Source: Callorhinchus milii (lineage: Eukaryota). Taken from it: 64,000 nt of DNA. The position numbers were made by a program, and so were the translations under genes. Of this stretch, positions 35,951 to 48,064 are shown in pieces. How positions within the stretch are numbered: position 1 is the stretch's first letter; each line of letters opens with the position of its first letter. Under the pieces are notes generated by a model, which ran no database searches, was not told where the DNA came from, and saw only the letters and a list, made by a program, of their open reading frames with translations. Where the stretch lies: positions 7,812,001 to 7,876,000 of the forward strand of contig NW_024704753.1 in the NCBI RefSeq assembly GCF_018977255.1. Direction: 5' to 3'.

Positions 35951-36825
35951 CTAGCTGTATCCATTGGAGTTTGCAACCAAAGGATCCAATATGGAATGTA
36001 GATTTCAGTGATACCATTCACAAACCATTTAACATGCTATAAACACCGTCGGTACACCTTAAGCAAAACTGCCATACATGTGCAATGAGCTTGTTTGGGT
36101 CATAGCTCATGAAAGATAGAAGATCTTATCAAAGCTACGCTAACCTAAGGGGTTTTACTGTGTGATCGGCAGGTCTTCGAGTTACTGCAATGCAGCCATG
36201 CTGTTCTTTGTTCTTCAGATTCTTCAGTTTCATTTAATCGGCTTTCTTTTTTTGTCTGGCATTTTTATTTGTAATTGAAAGGCTAAAAATTGTTCATTTA
36301 GGCATCTTTATCTTGTACCCGCCGCTTGGCTTCGTCGGAGTGCGTGCTCCGCACATGCTCTAGGTACATGCTCTGTGACCCATGATCCCACAGCACCACT
36401 GGGAGTTGGTGCAGCGCAAAACTGCCATATTTATGTGATGAGCTTGTGTAGGTCATAACTCATCAACAATAGGAGATTCCCGAAAAACAACAACGAGATT
36501 ACATTTGTATAGCGCCTTTCACATCGGGAGGACGTCCAAAGGCGCTGGACAATGTACAGCATTTCAGTCCTGAGCTGGGGTCGGGGGGGAGAACGGAGGG
36601 GAGGATGGATGGACGATGGCATGATCGAAGAGGAGGGTCTTGATGCGGGATTTGAAGAAAGCTAAGGAGGGGGCGAGGCAGAGTGACAATGCCCATGACA
36701 CTCCCAAAAACAAGACCTTTCCGATGAGGCAAAATCATGTCTCTGCGTCAATTGGTTATTGAGATCTTGGCTGACACACAGACAGACATTTTTGTTTTAT
36801 TAGTATATATATATAAGCAAGAAGA
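35951..36825 (-). mobile_element. Non-autonomous Helitron-like element (with L2 insert 36487-36687)
   Basis: The minus strand starts a|TCttcttgcttatatatatatactaataaaac, continues with a (TGTC)n stretch, and ends ggatacagCTAG|t. It is homologous to 41894-42705. Confidence 0.7.
36487..36687 (-). mobile_element. L2 3' end nested in the Helitron-like element
   Basis: The L2 tail and stem-loop are present. The second Helitron copy lacks this insert at the equivalent site (gaaaacaaatgtgcccatg). Confidence 0.88.
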
Positions 36826-38128
36826 TTAAGAGATATTAGCAATTTAGCACACCAAAGAAAACACATAATTTTAATCAAGAGGCTAATTGGTAGTTGAACT
36901 AAGTCAATCATGTTGATTTAAATTTCCAAAAATTTAAAAAACAATGGTGATTGGGAATAACCTATTTTATGCTGTGCACACGCAAATATAATGTGGGCTA
37001 AGCACACAGATCTGATAGAAAAGTATGACAACAACAACAAATTACATTTGTACAGCAACTTTCACATCAGGGGTACGAGCCAAGGTGCTGATACAACTGA
37101 TTTCAAAGATAACCTGAAAGACCTGAAAGAAAGCAGTTTAGTAATCTAGAATAATCTTTGGCAGATCAATTTTACAAAAAGATGGCAAGAAACTTATCAC
37201 ACATCGGGTGACTGTAGTTTCACCAGACCCAATCCTATAGAGATTTTGTGTGTTCATTAACCATCTACAGAAAGCTTTACATAATCTGCTGTTGCAGGAC
37301 CTAACCCAACGTGAGATGTTCATCATGTAATGCAGTACATTATATTTACATAAGGACTAGTTGTCATATTTCTTATTTGTTGCAATCAAATGATGTTCAG
37401 CTTTGCAAAAAAGGCAAACAAGTCCACAAGATTAAATTATTATTATTATGTTCACTTTGAAAAAAAAAGGCAAACAAGTCCACAAGATTGTACACAGGAT
37501 ATTAAATTACATTGTGCTGCATAACAAGTAACAAACATACCCAGGCATCAAGGCAAAGGGAAACAAACCTTTTGAGATCGCAACATAACCAATTGACTTA
37601 GTTTGTAATCTGAATGGATATTCACATCAATTCTAATAATGTACACTGCAATAATAATAACAATCCGTGCATTAATATATAGCGCTTTTCATGTCTTCTA
37701 GACAAGCACCCATAATAAAATAAATACCACTAAATTCTAAATATTAAGGATTTAAACAATAGATGAGTAAGAAAGGTAAATTAAATCCATAGATCAGAAC
37801 ACAGACAACATTAAAAAACAGTGCATCTGGACACCCACCCACATTAATAACAGTAGAAATCGACCACCTCATAAAACCACAAAAACAAATACGTATTGAT
37901 TTTAAAAAATCAAGCCAGGAAACGAGCACCTAGTTTTTATTTCAAGTTGCTGTCAGAAAAATTAAAAATTCACAGTTCAATTCTTTGAGGCACTACGAAA
38001 AAATTTTAGTTCTTCATGAATTATCTTCATACAGACTCATCTAGAATTTCCATGCCTCACAGCAAGTTTTGCGAGATCAGTGAACGGGAGCTGAGCAAAT
38101 TGGGTGAGCCCGGCGTGGGAGCAAGGCC

Positions 38129-38260
38129 TTCGGTCACTATCCTACCCCGATCCTCCCTGCCCTCCACCCCTCCTGATCCCAATTACCAGCTCAGGTGTGG
38201 ATCCCTGACTGTCCTCCTGACGTGAAAGGCGCTATACAAATGTAGTTTGTTGTTGTTGTT
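38129..38260 (+). mobile_element. L2 3' end with 17-bp TSD
   Basis: (TTG)n tail. The flanks are ggcgtgggagcaaggcc (38112-38128) and ggcacaggagcaaggcc (38261-38277). Confidence 0.85.
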
Positions 38261-38354
38261 GGCACAGGAGCAAGGCCAGTGGGTGAATGGTGCTGCCCAA
38301 GGAGTAAAGGACATCGAGAGAGGGGCCAACACATTGTGTATGCTTGAAGGGCCC

Positions 38355-38368
38355 GTTGCCATGGTAAC
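38355..38368. promoter_or_regulatory. RFX X-box motif
   Basis: GTTGCCATGGTAAC is one base from the palindrome GTTGCCATGGCAAC. Function is not shown. Confidence 0.45.
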
Positions 38369-38811
38369 ATGTTCGCTTGGTTTGACAAACTCATAGATTG
38401 CTTACTATGCTGAAAGAATGAGCTCAAATGTGCCAGAGTTTTCTTCATCCTATTGACTTGTCATCAAAATCTTGTGTTGGCTCTCCCCCTCTGTACAACT
38501 AATTATAGAGTACAAGTGTATTTTTTGTAAAAAAAGAGGAAAATCCCCAATTATTCCAGTAAATGTTGTTCTTTGTTCAATTTCAATCAATTAAATTACA
38601 TCATGAGTAAAAGATCAAAAACACATTTCTGTCAGATATCTCCTCCTTTTGCCCTTCAATATTCGGCCTTCTTCATGGCAAGATGTTCACCTTCTCTGGA
38701 TACAGTGATAGCAGCAACTCCTTCGGGCCAGCTCTTCACCCACATTTTCTATATAAATTAATCGATTTTCACAGACAGTGGGCACTTTTGTAGCCTTTTT
38801 AATGTGCTGTC

Positions 38812-39135
38812 ATAATAATAATAATAATAATCCTTGCATTTGATATAGCGCTTTTCACGTCGGGAGGACGTCCCAAAGCGCTTCACAGAACACACTGTAA
38901 AGTGAATTGACTGTATATTTGTGGGGGAACGCGGCAGCCAATTGCGCACAGCAATGTCCCACAGACAGTCGTAGATTGAAAATGACCAATTTTATTATTG
39001 TTTTTGGTGTTTTGGAGGGATTATTATTAGGCGTGTGGAGTAAGGAAACTTGCCCAAGGTTTTGCCCTGCCTGGAATTGAACTCAGGTCTCTCACTTGCA
39101 AAGCGAGTGCTCTAACCACTGAGCTACAGGACTCC
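38812..39135 (-). mobile_element. Young tRNA-derived SINE, full length
   Basis: Near-identical to 9401-9726. Confidence 0.95.
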
Positions 39136-41893
39136 ACATAATAATATAAAAAAGAAAACAATAGAGGGGGGAAGTTTGTCAAGTCCTGACATGGAGACAA
39201 TACTCCTTTAAAGTAGCAAGTATCTTAACACATATAGAAATAATTATTTGACAGCTAAATTTGAACAATAAGTTTTGTTCTGTTGAAAGGAATTTAGAAT
39301 ACTGCAAATGTCACAAATGAACATCCAGGTTGGTTTAGTGTTGTTCCTGGTATGTTTATTGAAGATCAAAATTTAGGTGGTTCTCACTCTGAAACAAAAG
39401 ACTCTCTGTGTGTGGATTTGAAAAACTTTGGAGGCAAAGAAGAATAAATGGCAGTTTGTCCATCAAGTCTTCTCCTACTACAGACCACTTAAAACCTACC
39501 TATCATATACATCACCCTACTTATCTCTTGGGGGAAAGCTCTGTGTAGGTATTCCCTAACTCCTCCAAAGACAACTGAGCGAATACCCATTTTTTCCAGA
39601 AGACTTTCTCCTCCTAAATTCCAGTCTTTTTGAAAATATTAACAATGTCATTAGTTACAGGATAACAGAGAAGAAACAAGTCATGTAATAACAACAACAA
39701 TAATTCTTACATTTAAAACAGCGTCCCATCACGTCCTCGAGATGTCTCAAAGCACCCCACAGGACATATTGCAAAGTGGAGTGACCGCACATCCAGTGGG
39801 TGAAACGCGGCAGCCAACTGCACACAGCAGCATCCATCATGTCAGATAACATTCCAACTCCATCCGTGAGGTCCAGCATCATAGACATTATTGTGGACAG
39901 AGGACTTAGTCATCTCAAACTATAACTATTCCCATATCCTGAGAAAATCTGTTTACCCCATCTAACTTTGGCGAGGCCAGGCTCCAACAGGGAAGCAGAA
40001 ACTAGGACCTAGCATTATTTGAACAATGACCAGATGGGGCACAGACACACCAGTCACATACCAAAAGTCACAGCAAATTGGCTGTTTTCACTTTTGGCAC
40101 TACCTCCACCTCAGTTGTTCACGTCAGTATAGTGGGAGGTAGACTAATTATTTATCGGCATAGGGCAAAGGGATTTGTGCTTTAAAATTGTGCAATTAAG
40201 TCAAGCAAAAAGAGTGTGTGGAAGTGTATCGTTGCTTGCCACTGTAAATGGCTCAGGTGTTGTAGCTGTCTGAGCTATCATTGCTACGAGTTTAATTGAG
40301 TGATCTCAGCCACCCACTTTAGAGTGCAGCAGCCAGCTCACAAAAACACATTTACCCTTTTTAAAAGCTATTAATATACATGACAATTGGAGATTATATC
40401 TATCAAAAGGCAAATTATTCCAAATGATGCACAATCCATAGTTCATTAGATCTATGACAGTGCCTATATAATGTATTCAAATAATTTCTTAAGGATTTTC
40501 AAAAAAATCACTTGTCAACAGTTTTTGCCATTACTGTTTGTGAACAATCTGTGAAGAAGGAAAGACAAAAGGCCTAAAATATAAAGTACCCTTTTCATTG
40601 GTGAATTTTGACATAGGGCCAACACTAAATTTTGTCCAAAATGTTGTACCTTGAATTCCAGAATGCCCCACATGAATGAAATCCTATATTAGATCAAAGC
40701 AATGGAGGCACAATTGTGAATTTCTCAGTAGAGTCTTCCATTACGCATATTTTTGAGCGTCTTCCTTGCACTGGTTTATGAAGATATCAAGCAGACGCAT
40801 GCCAGTGGTATCCACTGCTTTAAATAAATGCTGACTTAAAAGCAAAATGAGGCCACCTGATGGATGGAGAAGCACAAATATGTATTAATACAAAATATTG
40901 TGTTGCTCTCTTGGTTTCCTTGGCTACCCCAAACATGCTTTTACTAAAAGAAATGAACTGTGCAAAATATATTGATGTTTTCCATACATCCCCTTTAAAG
41001 TTGCAATAATTGGTTTTCCAGGAATCTAATAACACCTAAAAAGCTTTTAAATACAAATGTTTTTCTCTCAAAAGTAGCTACATCACATGTGTGAATCAAA
41101 CTTTCATAACATACTAAACAAACATTGATTAAGGCTTTAAATAGGAGTGCATTACTCACTCAGCTGCTCTTACATGACATTTTGCTAATTGATTAAAAGC
41201 TGTTGTTCTTCCAAATCAATTTGCCGATCTAAGCTACAGTTACTGCAAGCATCTAAGAAAACATTTAATTACTGTATCGACTCTATTAGGGCCAAAAATA
41301 ACAGAATATTTTATTAAAGATTACAGAATTTCTTTCTGCAAACAGAAATCATTCCAACCTCTAATTTGATTTATTTACCATTGAAACATCCAATTGAAAC
41401 ATACTGCCGGTGCAAGTAACTTACACGTGCACAACAATTAATTGTTTGCAGACTTTGATGAACAGGAATACTGTACTCAAGGATAACATCCTGTGGTGAG
41501 TTTATCCTCGAGGACAGTGTTTTAAAGAAGACTCCCATGAATGGGTGAAAATAATTCACAGCAGAAGGGACTGGGAAAGCGGGTGGGAGCAGAGATGAGG
41601 TGAAGCAAAACACTGCTATTTTCCAGCCCTTACTGCCAGAAATGTGGCAAAAGATGGTGGTCTGACATCTCATGGAAATTTTTTTTTAAATATTGTGAAT
41701 TTATACTTCATTTTTGTAGAATAGAAACTTACAGTGTTGTATTTTCAAACAAACACTTGGGGAAAAAAAGACAATAGATTTATCATTGAAGTAATCAATT
41801 CACTTAACAAGTTATTTTTAAAAGTCCTTTATTCAATTTGCAATTCCTGACATTATGTGGGGGAAATTCAAAGAATGCCATTTTTATATAGTA

Positions 41894-42705
41894 CTAACTG
41901 TATCCTTTGCAGCTACGTTTGCAACCAAAGGATCCAATATGGAATGTAGATTGACACACAGACGGACATTTCATCTTTCTCTAATACTCAACTGCCAGGG
42001 CTCCTGTGGAGGACTCAGTGGAAGGACTCAGTGGGAGGACTCAGCACTTTAAAAATGTAATTTTGTTGCTGTTGCCGCAGCTTAGCTTCGTATGTGTTCT
42101 TTATTTTGTTCCCACCGCTTAGCTACGTATATGTGCTCTGTGATGCAGGATACCTCAGCGCCACTTTGACTTGGTGGCCAACAGGAGTAACTGCAGCAAA
42201 AAACGCAAAACTGAAAATACTTCATGAGCGATAGGAGATACCTGAAAACAAATGTGCCCATGTCACTCTCAGACGCAAGACCTTTCTGATGAAGTATACA
42301 TCATAATAATAATAATAATTCTTGCATTTGATAGAGCGCTTTTCACGTCGGGAGGACGTCCCAAAGCGCTTCACAGAACACACTGTAAAGTGAATTGACT
42401 GTATATTTGTGGGCAAACGCGGCAGCCAATTGCGCACAGCAATGTCCCACAAACAGTCGTGGATTGAAAATGACCAATTTATTATTGTTTTTGGTTTTGG
42501 AGGGATTATTATTAGGCTCTGTGTGGAGTAAGAAAACTTGCCCAAGGTTTCGCCCTCTGCCTGGAATTGAACTCAGGTCTCTCGCTTACAAAGCGAGTGC
42601 TCTAACCACTGAGCTACAGGACTCCATATCTCTACATCAATCTTTTATTGAGATCCTTCTTGAAGCGCAGACAGACATGGTTGTTTTATTAGTATATAAT
42701 AAAGA
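41894..42705 (-). mobile_element. Non-autonomous Helitron-like element (with SINE insert 42303-42625)
   Basis: The minus strand starts a|TCtttattatatactaataaaac. It ends with the hairpin cctttg-gttgc-aaac-gtagc-tg-caaagg followed by atacagTTAG|t. Confidence 0.7.
42303..42625 (-). mobile_element. Young tRNA-derived SINE nested in the Helitron-like element
   Basis: Full-length family copy flanked by a cata duplication. Confidence 0.95.
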
Positions 42706-44004
42706 TACATTAAATAAAAATATAGAATAACTATGCACAATATGATTTCCATCCATTTTTCCAGCTATCTCTTCTCACCTATATTTGCTCCAGTTAAACA
42801 GGTGATATAACTTGGTTGCTTTACTTATGTGGCCCTTCTCACAGTTAGACAATAAATAAAGCAAGGGATAAACTAACAAAAGGTCCAGCGAGGTAATTTG
42901 CTGAGCTTAAAATATATGTTAAATGCATCAGAAGATGCAGATGATTTGCTTACTTAGCTTTAATTTTAACTCTTTTACTTCCATTAATTTTAGTCAATTC
43001 TAAAAAGCTAAAAGTTTAGGAAAGAAAACCTGTATGGTGCCACCTTAATTGGCATATTCTTCTACATTCATTCTGAAATGCTTTCTAATAGTTCAGGTTA
43101 TACTTACTAATAAGTGTAAAATGCATTAAGTTGTCTGAAATTGTGTTTATTATAATAAAAACATTTTAACAGCACATTAATATAGTAGTTACCTACATAA
43201 TTTATGTCAGAGGTTTCCACTTTGATATCGCACTCTACAGATGAATAATTACAATAATTACAAGGTTCTTATGGTCATTATGCTTTCAACTATCTGTTAA
43301 ATGACAATTTGTGTTTTGTTCGTCATTTTAACATTTAATGAAGCCTTTCGTTACTAGGTGGGCAACATTTAATTATAGGATATCAAAGAATGGTCCCGAG
43401 ATCCCATGTGAATTTTTTTTTGATTTTGCTGTGCTAATTTAGATGCTGATTTTGTGCAGCCAATGCTGGAGCATTACCAATTCTGCTTGAAGTGCTCTTA
43501 TTAGGCCATATATACAAATGTCATTTCTTATTTACATTTTGTTTGCTTCTGGGCTTTGAAAGGTCATACTGGTTATCATTTCACTCAGCTCCAAGCTTTT
43601 CTGTCTTGCTTAAAGTATCTTCACAGAGGCAAAAATAAAATGGAATGTACATCTGTTGAGACGGTTTTGTTCAGACTTTGTTTTTCTTTATCCAGATGAA
43701 TTAAAACGGAGATCAATTTCTACCGAAAATTAGGGAATTTCACAGTCACCAAGATATTTTTCACCAAACACAATCAGAATTAAATTTTCATTGATGTTTG
43801 TGTCAAAACTGTGCAAAATAACACGCAATATTCCTCCCCAAGTTATTTGAAATGCAAGTTTAAAAAATGTAGAAAGATGTAGAATGCTTAAAGTCTATTT
43901 CTGAAAAATGTGCTGCTTTCTTCAAACTTACATCTCAGTCATTTGATAGTATTTTAATCATTTTAAATCACTTCAGAGTCTCAATATCAGAATCCCCTTT
44001 AAAA

Positions 44005-44090
44005 ACAAGGACTTGATGTGCAGATCAGCCATGGCTGATAGAATGGCAGAACAGGCTTGAGGGGCTGAATGGCCTACTCATGTTTCTATG
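44005..44090 (+). mobile_element. CR1 3' UTR fragment
   Basis: gatcagccatgg...gaatggcagaacaggcttgaggggctgaatggcctactc, as at 5520-5580. Confidence 0.75.
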
Positions 44091-44591
44091 AAAGTGAAGA
44101 TCCACTTAAAAGGCCCATTTCAATTTTTCCCTATCATTTTGGTGATTTTTTAAATTATTATTATTACGGAAGCATAAATTCTCATGTCATCATCGGGGAT
44201 TTTGCCTTGGGGACTTCACTGATTTTTTTAAAAAACACATCAAGGAAACTGATTTTAACCTGACACTACCATTAACCTAAAGTGGTTCACTGTGTATGCT
44301 AAATCAGCTCCCTTACAGTATACAATCAGGCTTGATAATTCCTCAAAGCAATTCCCATCAATAATATCATCAGCCCTCTCTTTCTGAGGGAAAAAAAGCA
44401 GAAATGATGGAAAACACACGCAAAGCAATGTCACTGTAAATTATGATTCTTCTTTGTTCCAAGATAACTGGTTATAGTGTTGTGAATTCTGCTCAGTGTA
44501 CTTTGTGTGGAAAGATCTACAGAATCGTCAGGAACAAGCAAATAATTGCTTGGTCTGAATCACAACTATTTTGTGGTAATGCACACAGTAT

Positions 44592-44927
44592 TGTGGTAGC
44601 TCCACAACATCAATAAAACAAGGCTCTTAACAAGACTTGGGTTGTATTACATCTTGAGGAGAGTCTTCAACCCACCTCGGTAAGTATTAGTGCCAGAAAT
44701 AGTTGCCACTCTTTAGAAAAAGACTGCAGATAAACAATGCTCCCTGTGTACCTTCTCTGATGCATCAATAACATAAATTTTCAGCCAAATTTATAGTGAC
44801 CATCTCTGCCCAGACGCTCAAGAAAGAGTACTTCTTCTACTATCTCTGGCACTACCCACCTCAAAATTTATCACCAACCAACTGCAAGTAAACAGCCTCA
44901 TTTTATTGATATTGTGGAGCTACCACA
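44592..44927. mobile_element. Palindromic MITE-like element
   Basis: An ~36-bp imperfect terminal inverted repeat: tgtggtagctccacaacatcaataaaacaaggct / agcctcattttattgatattgtggagctaccaca. An inner inverted repeat is at 44688-44702 / 44840-44854. Confidence 0.8.
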
Positions 44928-46468
44928 GAACTCAACTGTCAGCAGTAGGTGTGTTGCAACAGAAAACATATCATTTAGTCATGTGATTTTGAAAAATGGG
45001 ACTTTGACAGCAATACTCTATCTTTACAGCTTCCACACCTTTTTTATTCAGTACTTGTCACATTGAGGCATTAGACATTTTATACATTTTTACCTTGTGG
45101 GGTTGAGGAAGATGATTTTTCCTTTCCAATTTTCTCCTGTCTGGAGGGTTTCGAAAATTGGGCTATGGTTCTGTAAGCTATTAGCTCTGTAGTATCTTAC
45201 ACAGTGGACATTGACACACACACAAACCTACGTCTATATCAAATGCAATGACTATTATTATTATCTATCAGCAATAATAAAACTTGATTGGATTTGATTA
45301 ATCCAGCTGGTGATGCAAAAGGTTTAAACATTAGAAACTACCAACCATTGTGAAATAATGGGTTCTAATCCCTAAAAAAGGTTAAATATTGGTAGTTCAC
45401 TGGCAATAAATTTACTGTTGTGTTAAACTGATATTAACATATAGAATAAAACTGAGTGGGTCTGTACAGTTTAAGGGATTGAGTGTTGGACCCACTGTTG
45501 CTCAGGTAGTTACAAACAAGAATGCATCAAAGTGTAGATTATATCAGTCAGGGTCTTACAGTTACTGGAGATAGTGAATATTCCAAGGTCACATCCAGTT
45601 TATATTTTAATTATATTTGCATTTCTGTGCAAGTATGTTTACAGTAACATGCTGTGTAAATATATTTTACCACTTCTCAGGAAAATATCAAAATCCTAAA
45701 TTTCTGAGGTTGTGTTGTGTAGCTTTGATGAATCTCTACAGAATCTAACTATCAGCTTCATAAATGTATACTTCCATTCAAGGTACAAAGAATGGATATT
45801 AGAACTGAAGGATAGAAGTCTTATACCTGGAATAAATTCATCACTAATGTCCCTAGGATAACAAAATCAAACACTTGTTTCTCTTTCACTGTAGCCAACT
45901 CAGTGATCATCGTCAAACAGGCACAGTGGCTTCAAACGCCCACTATCTCTTTGTGTAATGTGCATGAGAACATAGGTCAGTCTGACTGGTTGCTTTAGCA
46001 CGAATGCCTGTAGTGCTTTGTAGGATAACTAAGTGAATAAACAAGGCTGTCTGTCCACAAACTGAACATCTGTATGCATAGTACGCTATCTGAAAGTCAA
46101 AGGAACCAGTGAAGTAAAATCATTTATTTTGTTTGAATCTCGCAAGTTAAATCAACATACATCTGATCTGAGCTTCAAGATTGACTTAGTCATAAGAATT
46201 AAAATTAAATATCTCGGGTTTTCTTTGAAATCCCAAGATAAAGCCAAATCTGTGTTAAATTATGTTGAATCAAAACTGTGTGATACAAACAATATTTCTA
46301 ACAGTAACACAAGCAGGGTGTTCCTGTTAAACTGCTGTTGGCAAGGTAAATCTCTAGAAATATGCACTTGATCCCATGCAAAAAATGCTGCTTCACAGCC
46401 ACTTACTACTGGTGTAATGTTTAAAATGAAATTTAGTTCTTGAGAATAGCAATTAAATTGAAATTAAA

Positions 46469-46740
46469 TCACAGTCTTAAGATATCTACCAAAAGAAGCA
46501 GAGGGGAGGTTAGAAGAAATGTTTTCACTCAGCGAGTTGTTCGAATTTGGAATGATCTGCCTGAAAGGGCAGTGAAGTCCGATTCGATAACAACTTTTCA
46601 GAGAGAACTGGATAGGTATCTGGGGAAGACGGGTTTGCAGGGTTATGGGGAGAAAGCTGGTGATTGGGGTTAGTGAAAATGACTTGCTCTATCAAAGAGC
46701 CGACACAGACTCGATGGGCCGAATGGCCTCCTATGAATCT
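46469..46740 (+). mobile_element. CR1 3' end
   Basis: HSLKISTKRSRGEVRRNVFTQRVVRIWNDLP...QGYGEKAGDW, followed by gatgggccgaatggcctcct. Confidence 0.9.
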
Positions 46741-46800
46741 TTATGTTGACTGTAATTGTACAACAATCAGCTAAGTGGCATAATCACCACTTAGCAGTGA

Positions 46801-47095
46801 TAATAATAATAATCCTTGCATTTGATATAGCGCCTTATCAAGTCTTCGAGACATCTCAAAGCGCTTCGCAAAATAGACTGTAAAGTGAATTGACTGTATA
46901 TTTTGTGGGCGAAACGCGGCATCCAATTGAGCACAGCAGTGTCCCACAAACAGTCGTGCACTGAGTGAACAAATTATTATTTAAACATTTTTTTTGAGGG
47001 GATAATTACCCCTGGAAAAGCAATCTTCCAATCACTAATAACCAGGTTTCTATTTACTGCTACAGAGGCTTGTAGAGTAAGGAAACTTGCCTAAG
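46801..47095 (-). mobile_element. Older long-form SINE lacking the head
   Basis: Tail, body and the extra internal segment are present. Confidence 0.85.
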
Positions 47096-47538
47096 CACTC
47101 CACCCAGAAACTCTAACTACCTTACACTCAAGCAGACCTGTACTCGTAGCAAGAAACTTCTCTTTTGGCACTTGTGTACTGAAAGGTCAGTCTAACACTG
47201 ATGCCAAATGTGTACGCCAATATGTAGTCCAAAGGTAAAGAATCCATCTTGTGCCCTGGATCTATTTTAAATTTTCGCTACAAAGAGGCAATTACATCTT
47301 GGCACCAGTGGTAGTTCCTCTGCCAGTCTTCCTCTCGTCTGTCTGGAGGCATCATCAAAATCACGTCCAACTATTCTGCCATCCTTTTGGACCTGGCAAA
47401 CTGCAAGGAATTTTCTGGCATTGCCTTCACTGAGTTGGTGCTGGTGGCCTTCCAAATAGCTTCCCCCCATTGTGCAGTAAATCCATTTCATTAGTCCCAG
47501 AATACAATTACACACTGCCACACAATCCCATTTCCTGT

Positions 47539-47876
47539 GGAGTCCTGTATCTTAGTGGTAAGAGCACTCGCCTGGCAAGTGAGAGGACCTGGGTTCGATT
47601 CCCAGGCAGGGCAAAACGTTGGGCAAGTTTCCTTACTCCACACCCCTCTGTTTACCAAGCAGTAAGTAGGAACCTGGTTGTTAGTCGATTGGTGGATCGC
47701 TTTTCTGGGGGTAATAATCCTTTCCAAAAAAAAATTTTAAATAATAATTTGGTCACTCAATCCCCGATTGTGGGACACTGCTGTGGGACTCTGATGCAGA
47801 GTTTCGCCCTCTAAATATACAGTCAATTCACTTTACAGTATATGCTGTGAAGCACTTTAAGATGTCTAGAAGATGT
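47539..47876 (+). mobile_element. Older long-form SINE with a truncated tail
   Basis: Head ggagtcctgtatcttagtggtaagagc...gggttcgattccc, plus the extra internal segment. Confidence 0.9.
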
Positions 47877-48064
47877 GGGGTGGAGGGGGTGGCGGGCTCC
47901 CACCCCCAGCTAGTGTGCCCAGTCGACAGTGTTGCCTTTCCAACATGAAAAAGGTGCTGTGTAAATGTTGTTATGTTTCTGGAAGGGAAACACAAAATAT
48001 TACTTATGCGATATTATCAAATAGGGAATCCGGCCCGCAACAGCCAAAAGGTTGAACCACCCTG
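47877..48064 (+). mobile_element. Probable hAT-type DNA transposon right end
   Basis: cggcccgc...caaaaggttgaaccaccctg is typical of hAT/Charlie termini. No left end was found. Confidence 0.5.

Noticed and set aside
37401-37489. ~30-bp local duplication (aaaaaaggcaaacaagtccacaagatt x2)
   Set aside because: It is an ordinary short tandem duplication or a TSD around a tiny TTA-rich insert, with no further structure.
40745-40856. Minus-strand open frame GLILLLSQHLFKAVDTTGMRLLDIFINQCKEDAQKY
   Set aside because: The donor is weak and the peptide is not recognised.
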